Of a stretch of DNA of 64,000 bases, positions 52,600-64,000 are shown piece after piece. Where the stretch lies: positions 23,748,001 to 23,812,000 of the forward strand of contig CM052816.1 in the NCBI GenBank assembly GCA_028534125.1, in the 5' to 3' direction. Under the pieces are notes generated by a model. It was not told the origin of the DNA. It saw only the letters and a list, made by a program, of their open reading frames with translations, and searched no databases. The stretch's first letter is position 1. Every line of letters starts with the position of its first letter. The DNA is from Lama glama (Eukaryota). Position numbers and translations under genes: made by a program.

Positions 52600-54400
52600 C
52601 AGGATCTTCTGAATCTCACAGAGGTAATGATGTGCTTATGACCAAGATCTGATTGCCTTAATCAATGTCCCATGAAAACTGAAGAAGAATATCACATTCT
52701 TTGTTTATATGATACAAAATTGTAAATCCATTTATTGAGGCAAGCTTGTGGATTGTGTTCTTCTTGTTTATTTTTTGTCTGCTTGCACTGTCAAATGTGA
52801 AAAAGATCTCTCGTAAAATTTTAAGCTTTCCTTGTTTTCCCCGTGATATTTCATTATAGTTTTAGTGTATACATATTGTGTCCTCTTAATGAATTGTAAT
52901 TTTCAACTTTATGTAAGGTTCTTTTCTGACTCAGTTAATGCTTTTTGTCCTGAATTCCACTGTATTTGATGTTGATTATTTACCATTTCTGCTTTATATC
53001 CTTTATTTTCCCTGATTTTTCTTTGTCTTGTTTTCCACTTTTTTTTAATCGTTTCATTTTGATGGTTACCTTATAGACAGAAAAGAGCTAAATTTTATTA
53101 TTTTAAACAGATCTACAAATGATTTGTTTGATTAGAAACTAAGCATATTCATATTTACTGTGATTTCAGTATATTTGGTTTATTACCACCCTTTTACTTT
53201 ATATATGTAAGTCATTATATTTTGTAGTTTTATCTTTTCCCTATCATTTTTGGCTTACTCGCTTGTATTTCACTTCTCTCCTTCCACTGCCCTTCTTTCT
53301 TCCTTAAGAAATTCTGTACTCTTCATTAAACTAGTGATTACCATTGTATTGCAACCTCTATCCTCTCTTACAGCTTTTCTATAGAATAGAAATTAAGGAA
53401 TGCCTATTCCTCTCATTCCAAGACATTTTCCTTGTTCACTCTCTCAGTCCCAAGTTGAGATCTTAGGCATAATTTATTTCCAGGTCCTCATTATGTCAAA
53501 TACCTCGCTTGTTCCCCAATTCCTGGCATAATTCTTTTAAGCTATTATCATATAGCTTTTTTGCTTCAAGAATCCTTTATCGTACAGCAGGGTAACTACA
53601 GTTAGCAATACTGTATTATATACTTGAAATTTGCTAAGAGAATAAATCTTAAATATTCTCACCACAAAAAAGAAATGATAATTATGTGACATGATGGAGG
53701 TATTAATTCATCTATTATGTAATCATTTTGCAATATGTTAAGTCTATCAAATCACCAAGCTGTATACCTTAAACTTACATAATGTTATGTCAATAATGTC
53801 TCAAAAAAGCTGGTAAAAACAAGAAATTTTTAAAAAAAGAATCCTTTATCAAAAATTATAAATTAATAACCTGTAAATGTTGTTTCACTGTATTTCTAAC
53901 TCTTGATACTACAAGTAAGAAAATTAATGCTAGGCTATTTCATCTTCTTTGTAGATAGCCTGTTTTTTTCTCTCTGGAAATGGAAAGATTTTTTTTTTCT
54001 TTTAGTCTTAAGGTTAAGATATTCAGAGATTTCATGAAGCTCTTTTTTGAGTATATCTTTTTCCCTCATTTTTCTTGTCTACGACACTATGAGCAGTTTT
54101 AACCAGAAGATTTAAAGTTACGTTTCACTTAAGCTTAGGAATTTTTTTCCTATTATTTCTTTATTTCCTATTTTTTTTTCAGTCTTATTTTGGAATTTAT
54201 ATTATTTACATTCTACTCTTCAGTCTCTGTCCTCTAAGTCTCATCGTGTACTTATGATACTAATTTCTTGGAAATTTTGCTGTGTTGTAAGCTATCTCTT
54301 CCATCTGGTCTTCTAGACAACTAATTTGGCTTGAAACAGTGACCATTTGTTTTTCCGTTCTTTTGTTGAGTCTGAATATTGAGAGGGTTTACTTTCTTGA
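52600..54400 (-). mobile_element. Very old L1ME/HAL1-like region
   Basis: Long T-rich antisense L1-like stretch, highly decayed. Confidence 0.45.
53582..53836 (+). mobile_element. L1MA9-like 3' end with perfect 14-bp TSD
   Basis: tacttgaaatttgctaagaga...ccttaaacttaca...aaagctgg + A tail; TSD aagaatcctttatc at 53568-53581 and 53837-53850. Confidence 0.9.
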
Positions 54401-56293
54401 ACCAAAAAAAGATTTTAGTCTTATAATTTGTTTTTTGTCTGTTCATGAAGCAAGTTCCCTTAGTACCAGTACCCGTCAGGCTACCTGCGCCTCTCCAGCA
54501 GTTACAAGCTTGCAGGCAGCGTGGGATGTGGTCCCTTTTATTTTATCGAGCTGGTATGGTAGTACCGAATCCTGTCTGCTGAGAGCTCACTGGGGAATCT
54601 CTTTGATCTTGAGCCTCTCCAGTACTTAGGTATAAGTTTCCCGTCAGAGGGCCAGGCATGATTCACTTCATCACTGGGGACTGCCGCTCATGCCGGACCA
54701 TCAGTGTAGGTCAAGTGGATCCACTGACAGATGCCACCTGTGTCCCCTCAGAAGGCCTTATGACCTATGGTCTTCCTCGTTCTTCAGCATTTCCCTAAAA
54801 CTCTTAAATAGTTAAAACTCCAGTAAATGAATCACAGGGCACTTGCTCTGTCCTCGGGAGAAATCGCAGGCCCTCTGGCTAGATGTTGTACTGGAAGTTC
54901 TACGTCCGGACAGAATCCCTGAGAAGGGCTTTTGTTTTCCCATCACATAGTACGTCGTGTTCTGTGGGAAGGCTGTGATTTATGAGGTTTGGTTGAGTCT
55001 GTACATGTGTATGCTTGCCTGCATGGCTCAGGAGGAGTTGACTTAGGCAGGACTTTCAGAAAGAAAATAGTACATGGCATCCATATTATTATATAAGGCT
55101 CCGTCAGCAAATTGTGCCTAATGTTTCATTCACTGCTGCTGTGATCCAGTCTTGTGGCCTCACTGTATTTGGTTCAAGGGGTGTGTGAGATCTGTTCGGA
55201 CATCAGTTTTTATTGATTCTGTTGCTGACTTTCTTGATAATGGATAAATGGTTTCTGAGCCCGTATTACTTTTCCTCGAAGTTATTCAGGTCTACTTAAT
55301 TAAACTACAGGTTTTTCTTAGATATCATAAAATGTGGTACTTTGGTGATTTGACTTGCATATTATCCATCTTCTTTGTGAATCGTTTCTGCCTCTGGTCC
55401 CCTTATTAACTCATGATGAAATATTTGTCTTTTTAACTTTCTCAAAGGTGACAATATCCTTCTGCCTAAATAATCTTATTAGTTTATAATCTCAAGCATT
55501 TTTGTTGTCCTTAAAGTAAGTTAATTGGCTTTGTTCTTGGGAGAGTGCACTTTAAGTTCATAGGCCATAAGTTTTAGGACCACATCTTTGATGGCCCTCA
55601 TCCTTATGAAACGTGACATCAAAGATAGCAATTTTGTTTGCATCACTGGCCAGCACCTAATTATCTTTCCTGCCTCTTCATTCTTCAAGTGCCCTTTGAT
55701 GTCAGCAGTAGCCTTGTGCTTTGAAAGACTGTAGAGAATGGTGAAAGGGGTCCTTATTTGCTAAGTCCACATTCCGCTGAAATATTAAATAACGGTATTA
55801 TGTTAGAAACAAAATGCAATGCAACTGTGGTAATTAAAGTAATTACTCATCTATTTGCAGAAGCAGAGTCTTTAATGTTTCTCTCAATGTAAGAGAGAGT
55901 TTCTCCCTAATGTAGTCTGGCTAAATGGAGACTCTTATTTGGTAGAACTCAGAAACAAAGCAATATTGGGCTAGCTCGTTGGGAGTTAGGAGATTATACT
56001 TAGGGAGGGAGGAGGCATTTGTGGAGCTGTGACAATAGTATTAAAGTGGTAAAGGGCTTTGGTCTGTTGGGAGAAGGCAAAGTTCCCAAAAGCTGAGAAA
56101 GTGGATGATCCGTGTGTCCGGTCTCGTGAACTTTGGAGTGGGGTGGATGCCCACATCCAGTCTTTTTTCTAGCTCTTTGTTTCTCCACATATGACTTAGA
56201 CTCTGATTTTTAATTTTGTCATGTTAAAAAATGACAAATACCTTTCTAGCTCTTTAGCATAATGTGAGATCGTTTACAAAAAGGGTCACTACA

Positions 56294-56375
56294 TATGAAA
56301 ACAAATTTATCTATGTATATTTAGGACTGAAATATTATGCTGTACACCAGAAACTGACACATTGTACACTGACTA

Positions 56376-56411
<36 letters not shown>

Positions 56412-56422
56412 CACACATATAG
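56294..56422 (+). mobile_element. Very short L1 3' end with (TA)n/(CA)n tail
   Basis: tatgctgtacaccagaaactgacacattgta followed by a TA microsatellite; flanks aaagggtcactaca / aaagggtcattata. Confidence 0.75.
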
Positions 56423-56499
56423 AAAGGGTCATTATAAAGTGCCTGCCACAGTTATTTTTTTCCCTTGATTATCGATAAACGGGCAGTGAGTTGCTGTCA

Positions 56500-56760
56500 T
56501 AATTCAAGACAAACAATGAGATACCATTTTTCACTCATCAAATTAATAAAAATTAAACCATTTGCCTACTTAGTGTTGGAGAGGGTGTGAAAAAACAGTC
56601 TCTCTTCCACACTGCTGTTGAGTGTAAATGGGTACTGCCTATTCAGAGAGCAATTCTGTAATAATTTTCAAACTGGATAGTCAACCCAGTAATTCCAATG
56701 CTATGAACCTGCCAACCTATGTAGTCAAGAAGATCCATGCAGCTTTGTGTGCACTTATAA
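56500..56760 (+). mobile_element. L1ME ORF2 C-terminal fragment
   Basis: aaacaatgagataccatttt...agtgttggagagggtgtg...cacactgctg...acccagtaattcca. Confidence 0.7.
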
Positions 56761-56949
56761 TCAGTTGTAAAAAAAAATATCTATCCCAGAGCAAGTGATC
56801 AGTGTGGAAGGGGGATGTTTCAGTGCCCTCAGTGGTGATTCTGTTTATGAAAAAACTCAAAGCTTATTTATTTTGGTGTTAAAAGTTCAGGTTTGCTTTA
56901 TTTAAATATAATTTCAAAACCCTGGTTATTCCCAGAGCTTTTAAAAAAT

Positions 56950-57490
56950 ATTTTTAATTGTGTAAAATACACGTAACAGAAAATTATGTGGTATCTTAAC
57001 CGTTTTTAAGTGTACAGTTCAGTGACATAAGTACATTCACATTTTTGTGCTACCATCACCACCATCCATCCACAGAACTTTTTCTTCTTATGAAACTGAA
57101 ACTCTGAACCCATTAAGCACTAGCTCCCTCTCCCCCCATCCCCAGCCCCTGACAAGCACCATTCTACTTTCTGTCTCTGGGAATATGACTGCTCCGAATA
57201 CTTTACAGAGGTGGAATTATACAGTATTTTTCCTTTTGTACCTGGCTTATTTTACTTAGAATAATGTCCTTAAGGTTCATCCATGTTGTAGTATGTGTCA
57301 GAATGTCTTTCATTCTTAAGGCTGAATAATATTCTGTTGTATGTATTTTGTTTATTCATTCACCAGCCAGTGGGCACTTGGGTCCACCAGTCAGTGGACG
57401 CTACCTCTTGGCTATTATGAATAATGCTGCTATGAACATGAATGTACAGATATTCCTTTAAGTCCCTGCTTCCAATTCTTTAGGGATTAT
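56950..57490 (-). mobile_element. L1MB-type 3' end
   Basis: tttttaagtgtacagttcagtg...caccattctactttctgtctct...aaggctgaataatattc...gaataatgctgctatgaacat. Confidence 0.88.
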
Positions 57491-60400
57491 ATTCCTTGAG
57501 TTTTTCAATTCAGCTTATAAATATCACTATTAATAAGTCTAGTGGATTTTAGTAGTCACTTAAAGAGGCCTTTAAATAATATTTGGTTCCAATTTCGTAT
57601 GTAGTTAATGGAACACCCCCAAACCTTTTAGACTGCTTCAATATATTAAATGCACTTAATGTCTTACTTAAGTACTTCAATTGTGCAACTTAAAAACCTT
57701 TGCAAGTACTAAAATAACCCTTATAAACCTAATTAAAATCTATGCGTGTAAATACTAAAACTTACAAATTTATGAAAATCTGATGTTCACGTAAATGATC
57801 CACTTCTGTAATAAGCATAAGCACATGCTAACTTAAAAGTCACAACTCTAAGTAAGTTACTTAACTATTTATTTTAAATTGTGGTTACAAGGCAATCTAG
57901 TGGAATAGGCCAAATGCTATTAAACATTATAGGTGCATAATTTTTACACAGGCTCCTTAAAGCAAAAGTATTAATTTAATGGCTTTGATTCTCTTAAGCA
58001 AGTCTGTACTTAATTTGAAAATTTCCTGGGGTTGGCAGATACTTTTCCATCCATCTCAGTTATTTGAGTTTATTTAATTGTGAATATTTAGACCTGGTGT
58101 GAAGCATGGATCTGCAGACAGGCAAATTTTATGGAGAATAAGGAAATGAATTTTGGGGGGTTCCCTTCCCTACATTGTCTAGTTATATCTGTAATCAGAT
58201 TTCAGCTGGCACACTGACTAGACGGATTCTCAGCCAGAACCCTAATGGGCTGCACTAGTAAACCATACCTACAATTTCTGTGTCAAAAATTCCATCACTC
58301 AAAGGAGGCGGCTATATAGCCAGGACTGCTGGACTTGGGTTACCTACATTCCACAGTTGTTCACTGTACTCACTCCTGTCTGCAGCTGCCACACAAGGCA
58401 ATCACTTGGTTATATGTTGCATTTCTTTGCTTTCCTAAGAATGGAAATGCTTTCTTGCCTAAGTCCAAAGACTGTGTGACCTGATAGGAAATCCCATAAA
58501 TTTTCATATAGTTTCTTGGATCAGGCAATTCTTTGTGTACTAAAGTGGGGATGAATGGAATTTAGGATGTCTTTACAGCATGGTTTGGCTTGCAGTTACA
58601 ATATGCAAGGTGTCTCACAGGGCCATCCCACTGCACAGCTCCAGGTGATGTCATTTGCATCACAGTGTATGTGGGTTGCTTCCCCAAATTATGCAGTGCA
58701 CATCTGTACAGCTGCACACCATAACTGCGTTCTGCTGACTGTTAAACAATACTGCAGCCACATGGACAGCTGATATATTGCTGTGACTGTGACTGTCTTC
58801 CCTTCTCATGCGGGACCTCTCAGGGACACCTCGTCCGTTGATCTTACTCCTTTCTCCCACTTCTTAATGTGCCTGTCAGTCCACTCATATTTTCACTTTC
58901 CATCTCATCCAGCGTAGATTCCAAAGTCTATAATTTCAAAGTGTGTGTGTGGCAACACCTCAACCCCCTTGCCATTCTGAATCTTTTTCATCTCTGACAG
59001 ACAAAACCCTAGCCCTGGATGAACCCGTATCTTTGAGAGAGCCTCTCAACTGCCTAGAGCTACTGGAAAAGGTCACAAAACAGACAGATTGGTCCCACTC
59101 TAGTATCTTCTTGTTCAGCCACCATGGAGAGGTATAGGGTGGCACCTGAGAGTCCGCTGGGTTCTCAAGTCAGCCCCCTCTCCTGGGGTCTGCAGTGCCA
59201 TCTTTGTTAGCCCCCAAGATCTGACACCCCAGCCAACCTCTACCAACCTCTTTCTGTCCTACCTCTTGTTTCCCAGAGATTTTGCTCCTTTTACCCTTTG
59301 CTGATGTACTCCACGTGCATCCTGTCTATGACGGGTTAGCATGTGTACAATAGTATCTTACCCACGGTGAAGTCTGGGTGAATGTATGGCCAATCATAAC
59401 ATATAATTAAGGTATTTTAGAACTCTTTGACCGTGATTAAAATGCTAATAATGTTAGGGACTGAATGTTTTACTCTTATCAGGAAATTAAAATGTCTTTT
59501 CAATGTCTAGTATTTGTTCATATTTTACATGTTTGTAATTCTGGAATAAGTAGGTTACATTCTAAGTTTAAATTTTAAAGTAATCACTTGCCAACCAGAA
59601 AGCAAAATGTAACCATATGAGAAGATAGCTCCAGCCCAGCTTTTAAGGAAGGAAACACAAGAAAAAGAAATAAGAAATGGTAAACCATTCCCGGGAACAG
59701 GAACCTGGAATTGGCTCAGAGCCCTCAGCGTGAAAGGGCATTTGCAGAGGAGAAGCAGCCATCCTTGCCTAGGTAGCCCTCTTCTCCAAAGAGACCAGAC
59801 TGAGCGGACATAATTTTAAGAAGGTGTTGTAGTTAGAAGGAAGGGATTTCCTGACAAACTGGTTTACTTAAGAATGAGATTATGAGAGAGGCTAGGCAGG
59901 CTGCTCTCTGGGAATCCTGAAAGTGTGCAGAATGTGAACCTGGGTATATAAACATGAATCTACCCCAAAAATACGTCCTATGTTTTTGGTGAAAAATAGA
60001 CTTTCCTACTTGTTCAGAACTTGATGTAATTATTGTAAGTCTATTATTTATTTAAAATGGCAAAATAATGTGTTGTCTGAAGGACAATAGAGTAGGTTTA
60101 AAAAATTTACGACCTGGTAATTTGGGGTGTGGGAAGCCTGCTTATTTACAAGGCTGACATATCTACACGTATAATACAAAGATTGTCTTTTTCAAAAACA
60201 TGATTTGCAGCCAGCACATCTGTTGTTCTTATGTAAGGGATTAAAATGAGCTATTTTTGTTGAAGTTCAGCTGTAGAGTAACAGAATGTTAAACCGGCTT
60301 GCTAAAAAAAGCTACCTATTTTAGATTTTGTTTCCTTTGTATTGAATTTTTTGACAAAGCCTCATTCTTCATTAAAAAACAGAAATTTCATGTGGTTTTA

Positions 60401-60974
60401 AGTTGTATTTTTTGTCATACGATAGCATTTAGATGATATCTAAGTTTTCCTAGTCGAAGAGTTCAAATACTAAATTATATCCAAGTTTGATTTTTTTTTC
60501 CCAGTAACAATTTTTCATAAAAGTCTTACCAACATCGTTGACTATTTTTTCCTCTGAATGTAACATTTTGTTCTTACAAAAATCTGAAATAAACGTGTTC
60601 TGGTTTCCCCCTTCACATGGAATTATGTCATTCGCGTTAAGGCTTATCACGATATCCTGACTATCATTTTACACCCCCAAGAGTTAATAAACTGTGTGCA
60701 TACAAACTCTCTAAAAGGGGGGAGAAGCTTTTTCACATATGTCAGTTGTAATTTTATAACAAATGTGAATCATTTAATTGGTCAGTCTTCAGGAGTCTGA
60801 TCTTTCTCTGATTGTCTGTGTCTTCCAAAACAGCAACAAATTAAAAACTCATTAATGATTCAGTTCTGCTTAAAAGAATATACATATACTAATCGTCTAA
60901 AAAGTTCATTTAAGTAAATTTTAGCAGGAAGAGAGGTATAGCAGATACGCCTAGCTTTCAAGTTGCCCGTAGTC

Positions 60975-61142
60975 TAGATCAGTCCTTAAACTTTAAGGTG
61001 CATATGATCTCCTGAATATGTTGCTAAATGCAGATTCTAGTTTGGTGAGTCTAGGATGGGGCCTGAATCTGCATTTCTAATCAGCTCCAGTGATGCATTT
61101 GTTGCTGGTCCATGAATCACATTTTGAGATGCAAGGGTCGTA
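60975..61142. mobile_element. MER5A-like element
   Basis: aaatgcagattct...gtctaggatggggcctgaatctgcatttctaa...gctggtccatgaatcacattttgag. Confidence 0.8.
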
Positions 61143-61559
61143 AGAGACTGTCCTTCACATTCATAGAAGAGTCTGCCTGTAGATTATATGTGCCATACAT
61201 TTGCTAACATTTTTATCATCATCGTCACAGAGCTGGACAATAGTACAGTCATCTAGACAACAGAGATCAAGTAGTTTTAACTTGGAAAGACTCCATGGCC
61301 ATGGGCCTGATTAGTATTGTCTTCTGGCTGAGCTACACATGGAACTAAACAGACTGACAAGGAAACAAATCAAAATGTTAGAAATGAATGATTAAAGACA
61401 GTCTAGACTGCCTCACATGTATCTGTGATACGGGAAGATGTATCTTCATTGGTTCTGGTTTGTTTTTCTGAACTCTTATCCACCTAATCAGGGAATAAAT
61501 CTGCTGGGTAAAGAGCCATCATTAAAGCAGGTATCATCAGGGCCCAGGGAGGGGGGAGC

Positions 61560-61845
61560 ATTCCAGAGAGTGAGGAGCGCTGGCAGCAAGGGGGTGGCTG
61601 GGGTGGTGGTGCCACCGAGGGGGCGCACATCGCTTCACTTCACTGCCATGCAGCACGGCAGCCCTAGCTTGGCCAGAACTTCCACCTTCTTAAGAAAAGC
61701 CAGAAATAAAAATTTCATGCAAAATTTCCCGATTTAAAAATGCTGGCTACTAATTTGAATTCTTTTAAAACATTGAGCGGGCCAAGAAAACACATCTGTG
61801 TCCCAGACACAGCCCTTGAGCCACCCATTTACAGTGTCTAGGCTA
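61560..61845. mobile_element. MER102-like hAT-Charlie element
   Basis: aagaaaagccagaaat...aaatttcccgattt...gcgggccaagaaaacacatctg. Confidence 0.65.
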
Positions 61846-62035
61846 GAAGACACTGAAGTCTCGTGATGCACTTCTCAATACTGAGAAGTTAGGAATTTTC
61901 AAAATGAAACTCTGGCCTTTTTTCAGTTTGACATTATGATCAGAAGAAACAGTCTATTTTATGTATTTGGAGGTCCTGGCGTAAGATTGGTGTGGGATCC
62001 TAAAACCTGTCTCTCTGACTTCTTTCACATTCCAG

Positions 62036-62233
62036 ATTATAGGACGGGCCCGTGTTTCACTCAGGTCAACAACCAGATGTGCCAAGGGCAGCTGACAGGC
62101 ATTGTCTGCACAAAGACTCTGTGCTGTGCTACCATCGGGCGGGCCTGGGGCCACCCCTGTGAGATGTGTCCGGCCCAGCCTCAGCCCTGCCGACGGGGCT
62201 TCATCCCCAACATCCGCACTGGAGCTTGTCAAG
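62036..62233 (+). CDS. FBN2: FBN2 coding exon 6: hybrid domain 1 (9 Cys)
   Basis: Acceptor tttcacattccag|AT, donor AAG|gtgagt; encodes (D)[65 protein letters not shown]; 198 nt. Confidence 0.97.
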
Positions 62234-63759
62234 GTGAGTTAGCCTTGGGCCCAGCATCACCCATGAGTCTGGTCTCCCTTCACTGCACTGGGAGGGTCTG
62301 CCACGTGGGTGGGACCCTTTAACTCAGTATTTATTCCAAGCGGGGCCTCATAAGCAAGCCTGACTAGAGATGGCTTATCTTTCAGCCACCTAATAGAGAA
62401 TAATTTTTCAACTTCTGACATAAATGGAGAAAACATGAAAAGTTGGGGAAATTTTTTAAAAATTCAATTTGAAAGATTTAATACAGTCGGAGGATAAGCC
62501 ATTCCACGTCTTCATCCAGGTGGTACTACGCACTCCTTCTGCAGCCTCTTTAGCTGTGCATGCATCATTGCCCAGGTCAAACAGTTTTTTTCTCTCTCCT
62601 AATCCCATTCAGAATGTGAGAACCCGAACCCGGGTAACAGGGAGAAGTGAGCTGTCTGATACTGCTATTAATAGGCTCCTCAAAGACGGCGACTGGAGTT
62701 ACTTCTGAGCTTTTGCCTGGCTGCTTACAACATAGTCTCCAAGCAGTCTTCCCAGTCACATCCTGACGTTTATTTTATGTATCAGAGCTAGACTGAGGCC
62801 CCGAGGAGGCTACAGCCATCGTCTTTAACCCGAATAGCTGACAGTTGTTATATACTGACTGGATAACTATTTTACTTAATTTTCATCCACTGTGATTCTT
62901 ACTCTTTTTTTGGCTATTTCTCTGATATCAGATGATTAAACCTATTTTTAGAGCTTGGAACAGAGCTCTGTAATGAGCCTTCAAATGGCAGTAGGATCAC
63001 AGGAAAACGTAAAATTACTTTTGTATTATTCACAGAAATGATATTACTCATATTCAAAACATGGGATTTAGATTTATTTGTTACAGTTAAATTATATACA
63101 AAGTTATAGCTGAAATCTTTCAAATTGATGTTTATAACAAGTGTCAGAGGCAGAGGTGTTATCTGTCCGGCCCATGTAAATGGTATATTGCAAAAAGCCA
63201 GTCCCGTATCCTAAAACTCAAATGAGAATGGTAGTTTGGGGAGCCTGTCTGTGACCTCAGTTCACTGAATAATGAACCTGAGGGCTCTGTGTGGTAAATG
63301 TATCTCTGACAGTGGCCTCCAAATATTTTTGTTAATTTTGAAGTTTTATAAAAGGTGCTTTTAAAAAAATGGTCTTTATAAAAACTCTTTTTTCCAAATC
63401 AGACCTACAGAGATACCCTAAGGGATGACAACATAACTCAACAGATTAGTACCTTTATATTTAGCTGCTTGTTAAAAGCCTTGTCAGCTGTGGATTTAGA
63501 ATTGTTTTGTGAGTGTTTTGTTTCTTGGATTACTAGCAATTACAGGTCAGACCTAAATATGCAGATTGGGTTAAATGTCATTTTTAATCTGTTGTTTAGC
63601 ATGGCTAATAAAATTCTAAGTCATTGATCTGACTAGCGTGACTAGATAGAGTTCCTGATCTTCTGTAGAGGATGTACTGTACTGTACTATACAGTGTTTG
63701 CTGTACTACCTAAATTTCCTCGATTAGATATAGACTACCATAAAATTTATGTAATTTAC

Positions 63760-64000
63760 ATAGATTATTATTAAAGATAAAACATTATATAAATCTACTG
63801 GATTTATTAGAGTAATACTTTTTGTTATTCTATAGCACTTTTCACCTTCTAACACACCTGCTTGTTTTTTGTCTTTATTTTACAACCCCCTCCCAAGCTA
63901 GAATGTAAGCTCTGTTCGGGCAGAAATCTGTTTTATTCATGAATGCCTCTGAGGCATTTAGAACAGTGTCTAACATGCAGCAGATACTCAGTAAATATCT
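63760..64000 (+). mobile_element. L2 3' end
   Basis: ctagaatgtaagctc...tagaacagtgtctaacatgcagcagatactcagtaaatat. Confidence 0.8.

Larger units (their letters stand above)
5579..62233 (+). other. FBN2: Fibrillin-2 gene, partial (coding exons 1-6; continues beyond window)
   Basis: Six exons with canonical GT-AG junctions join in frame (254+83+99+96+96+198=826 nt) to give MGRRRRLCLQPYFVWLGCVALWAQG...[29 protein letters not shown]...[15 protein letters not shown], the recognisable fibrillin-2 N-terminus. Confidence 0.98.

Noticed and set aside
61936..62322. 128-aa ORF around exon 6 as a standalone gene or extended exon
   Set aside because: Just exon 6 plus in-frame intron flanks; strong splice sites bound the 198-nt exon.
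1..64000. CRISPR array, tRNA/rRNA genes, operon-like or otherwise novel multi-gene system
   Set aside because: No regularly spaced repeat-spacer array or structural RNA gene recognised; the window is explained by FBN2 plus common mammalian repeats. An Rfam/Infernal scan would be needed to exclude small ncRNAs.

Overview
Eutherian genomic DNA containing the 5' part of fibrillin-2 (FBN2) on the + strand: a CpG-island promoter (~3.86-6.35 kb) and six coding exons (5579-5832, 6645-6727, 11663-11761, 14731-14826, 20466-20561, 62036-62233). All introns are GT-AG, and the exons join into an open 826-nt frame (275 codons + 1 nt): signal peptide, Pro/Gln-rich propeptide, furin site, 4-Cys domain, EGF1-3, hybrid domain 1. 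The gene continues past the window. The rest is upstream and intronic DNA (intron 5 is 41,474 bp) filled with fossil L1, L2, MIR, MaLR LTR and hAT-Charlie elements. I recognised no Alu or other lineage-specific SINE; the youngest L1 3' ends suggest a cetartiodactyl, possibly camelid, source (inference from recalled consensus sequences). I found no convincing previously undescribed biological system. The best second-look items are regulatory: an in-frame uORF and hairpins in the 5' leader, an antisense splice donor and sense acceptors in the promoter island, and two motif-dense patches in intron 5. Repeat family names and boundaries are by-eye estimates.
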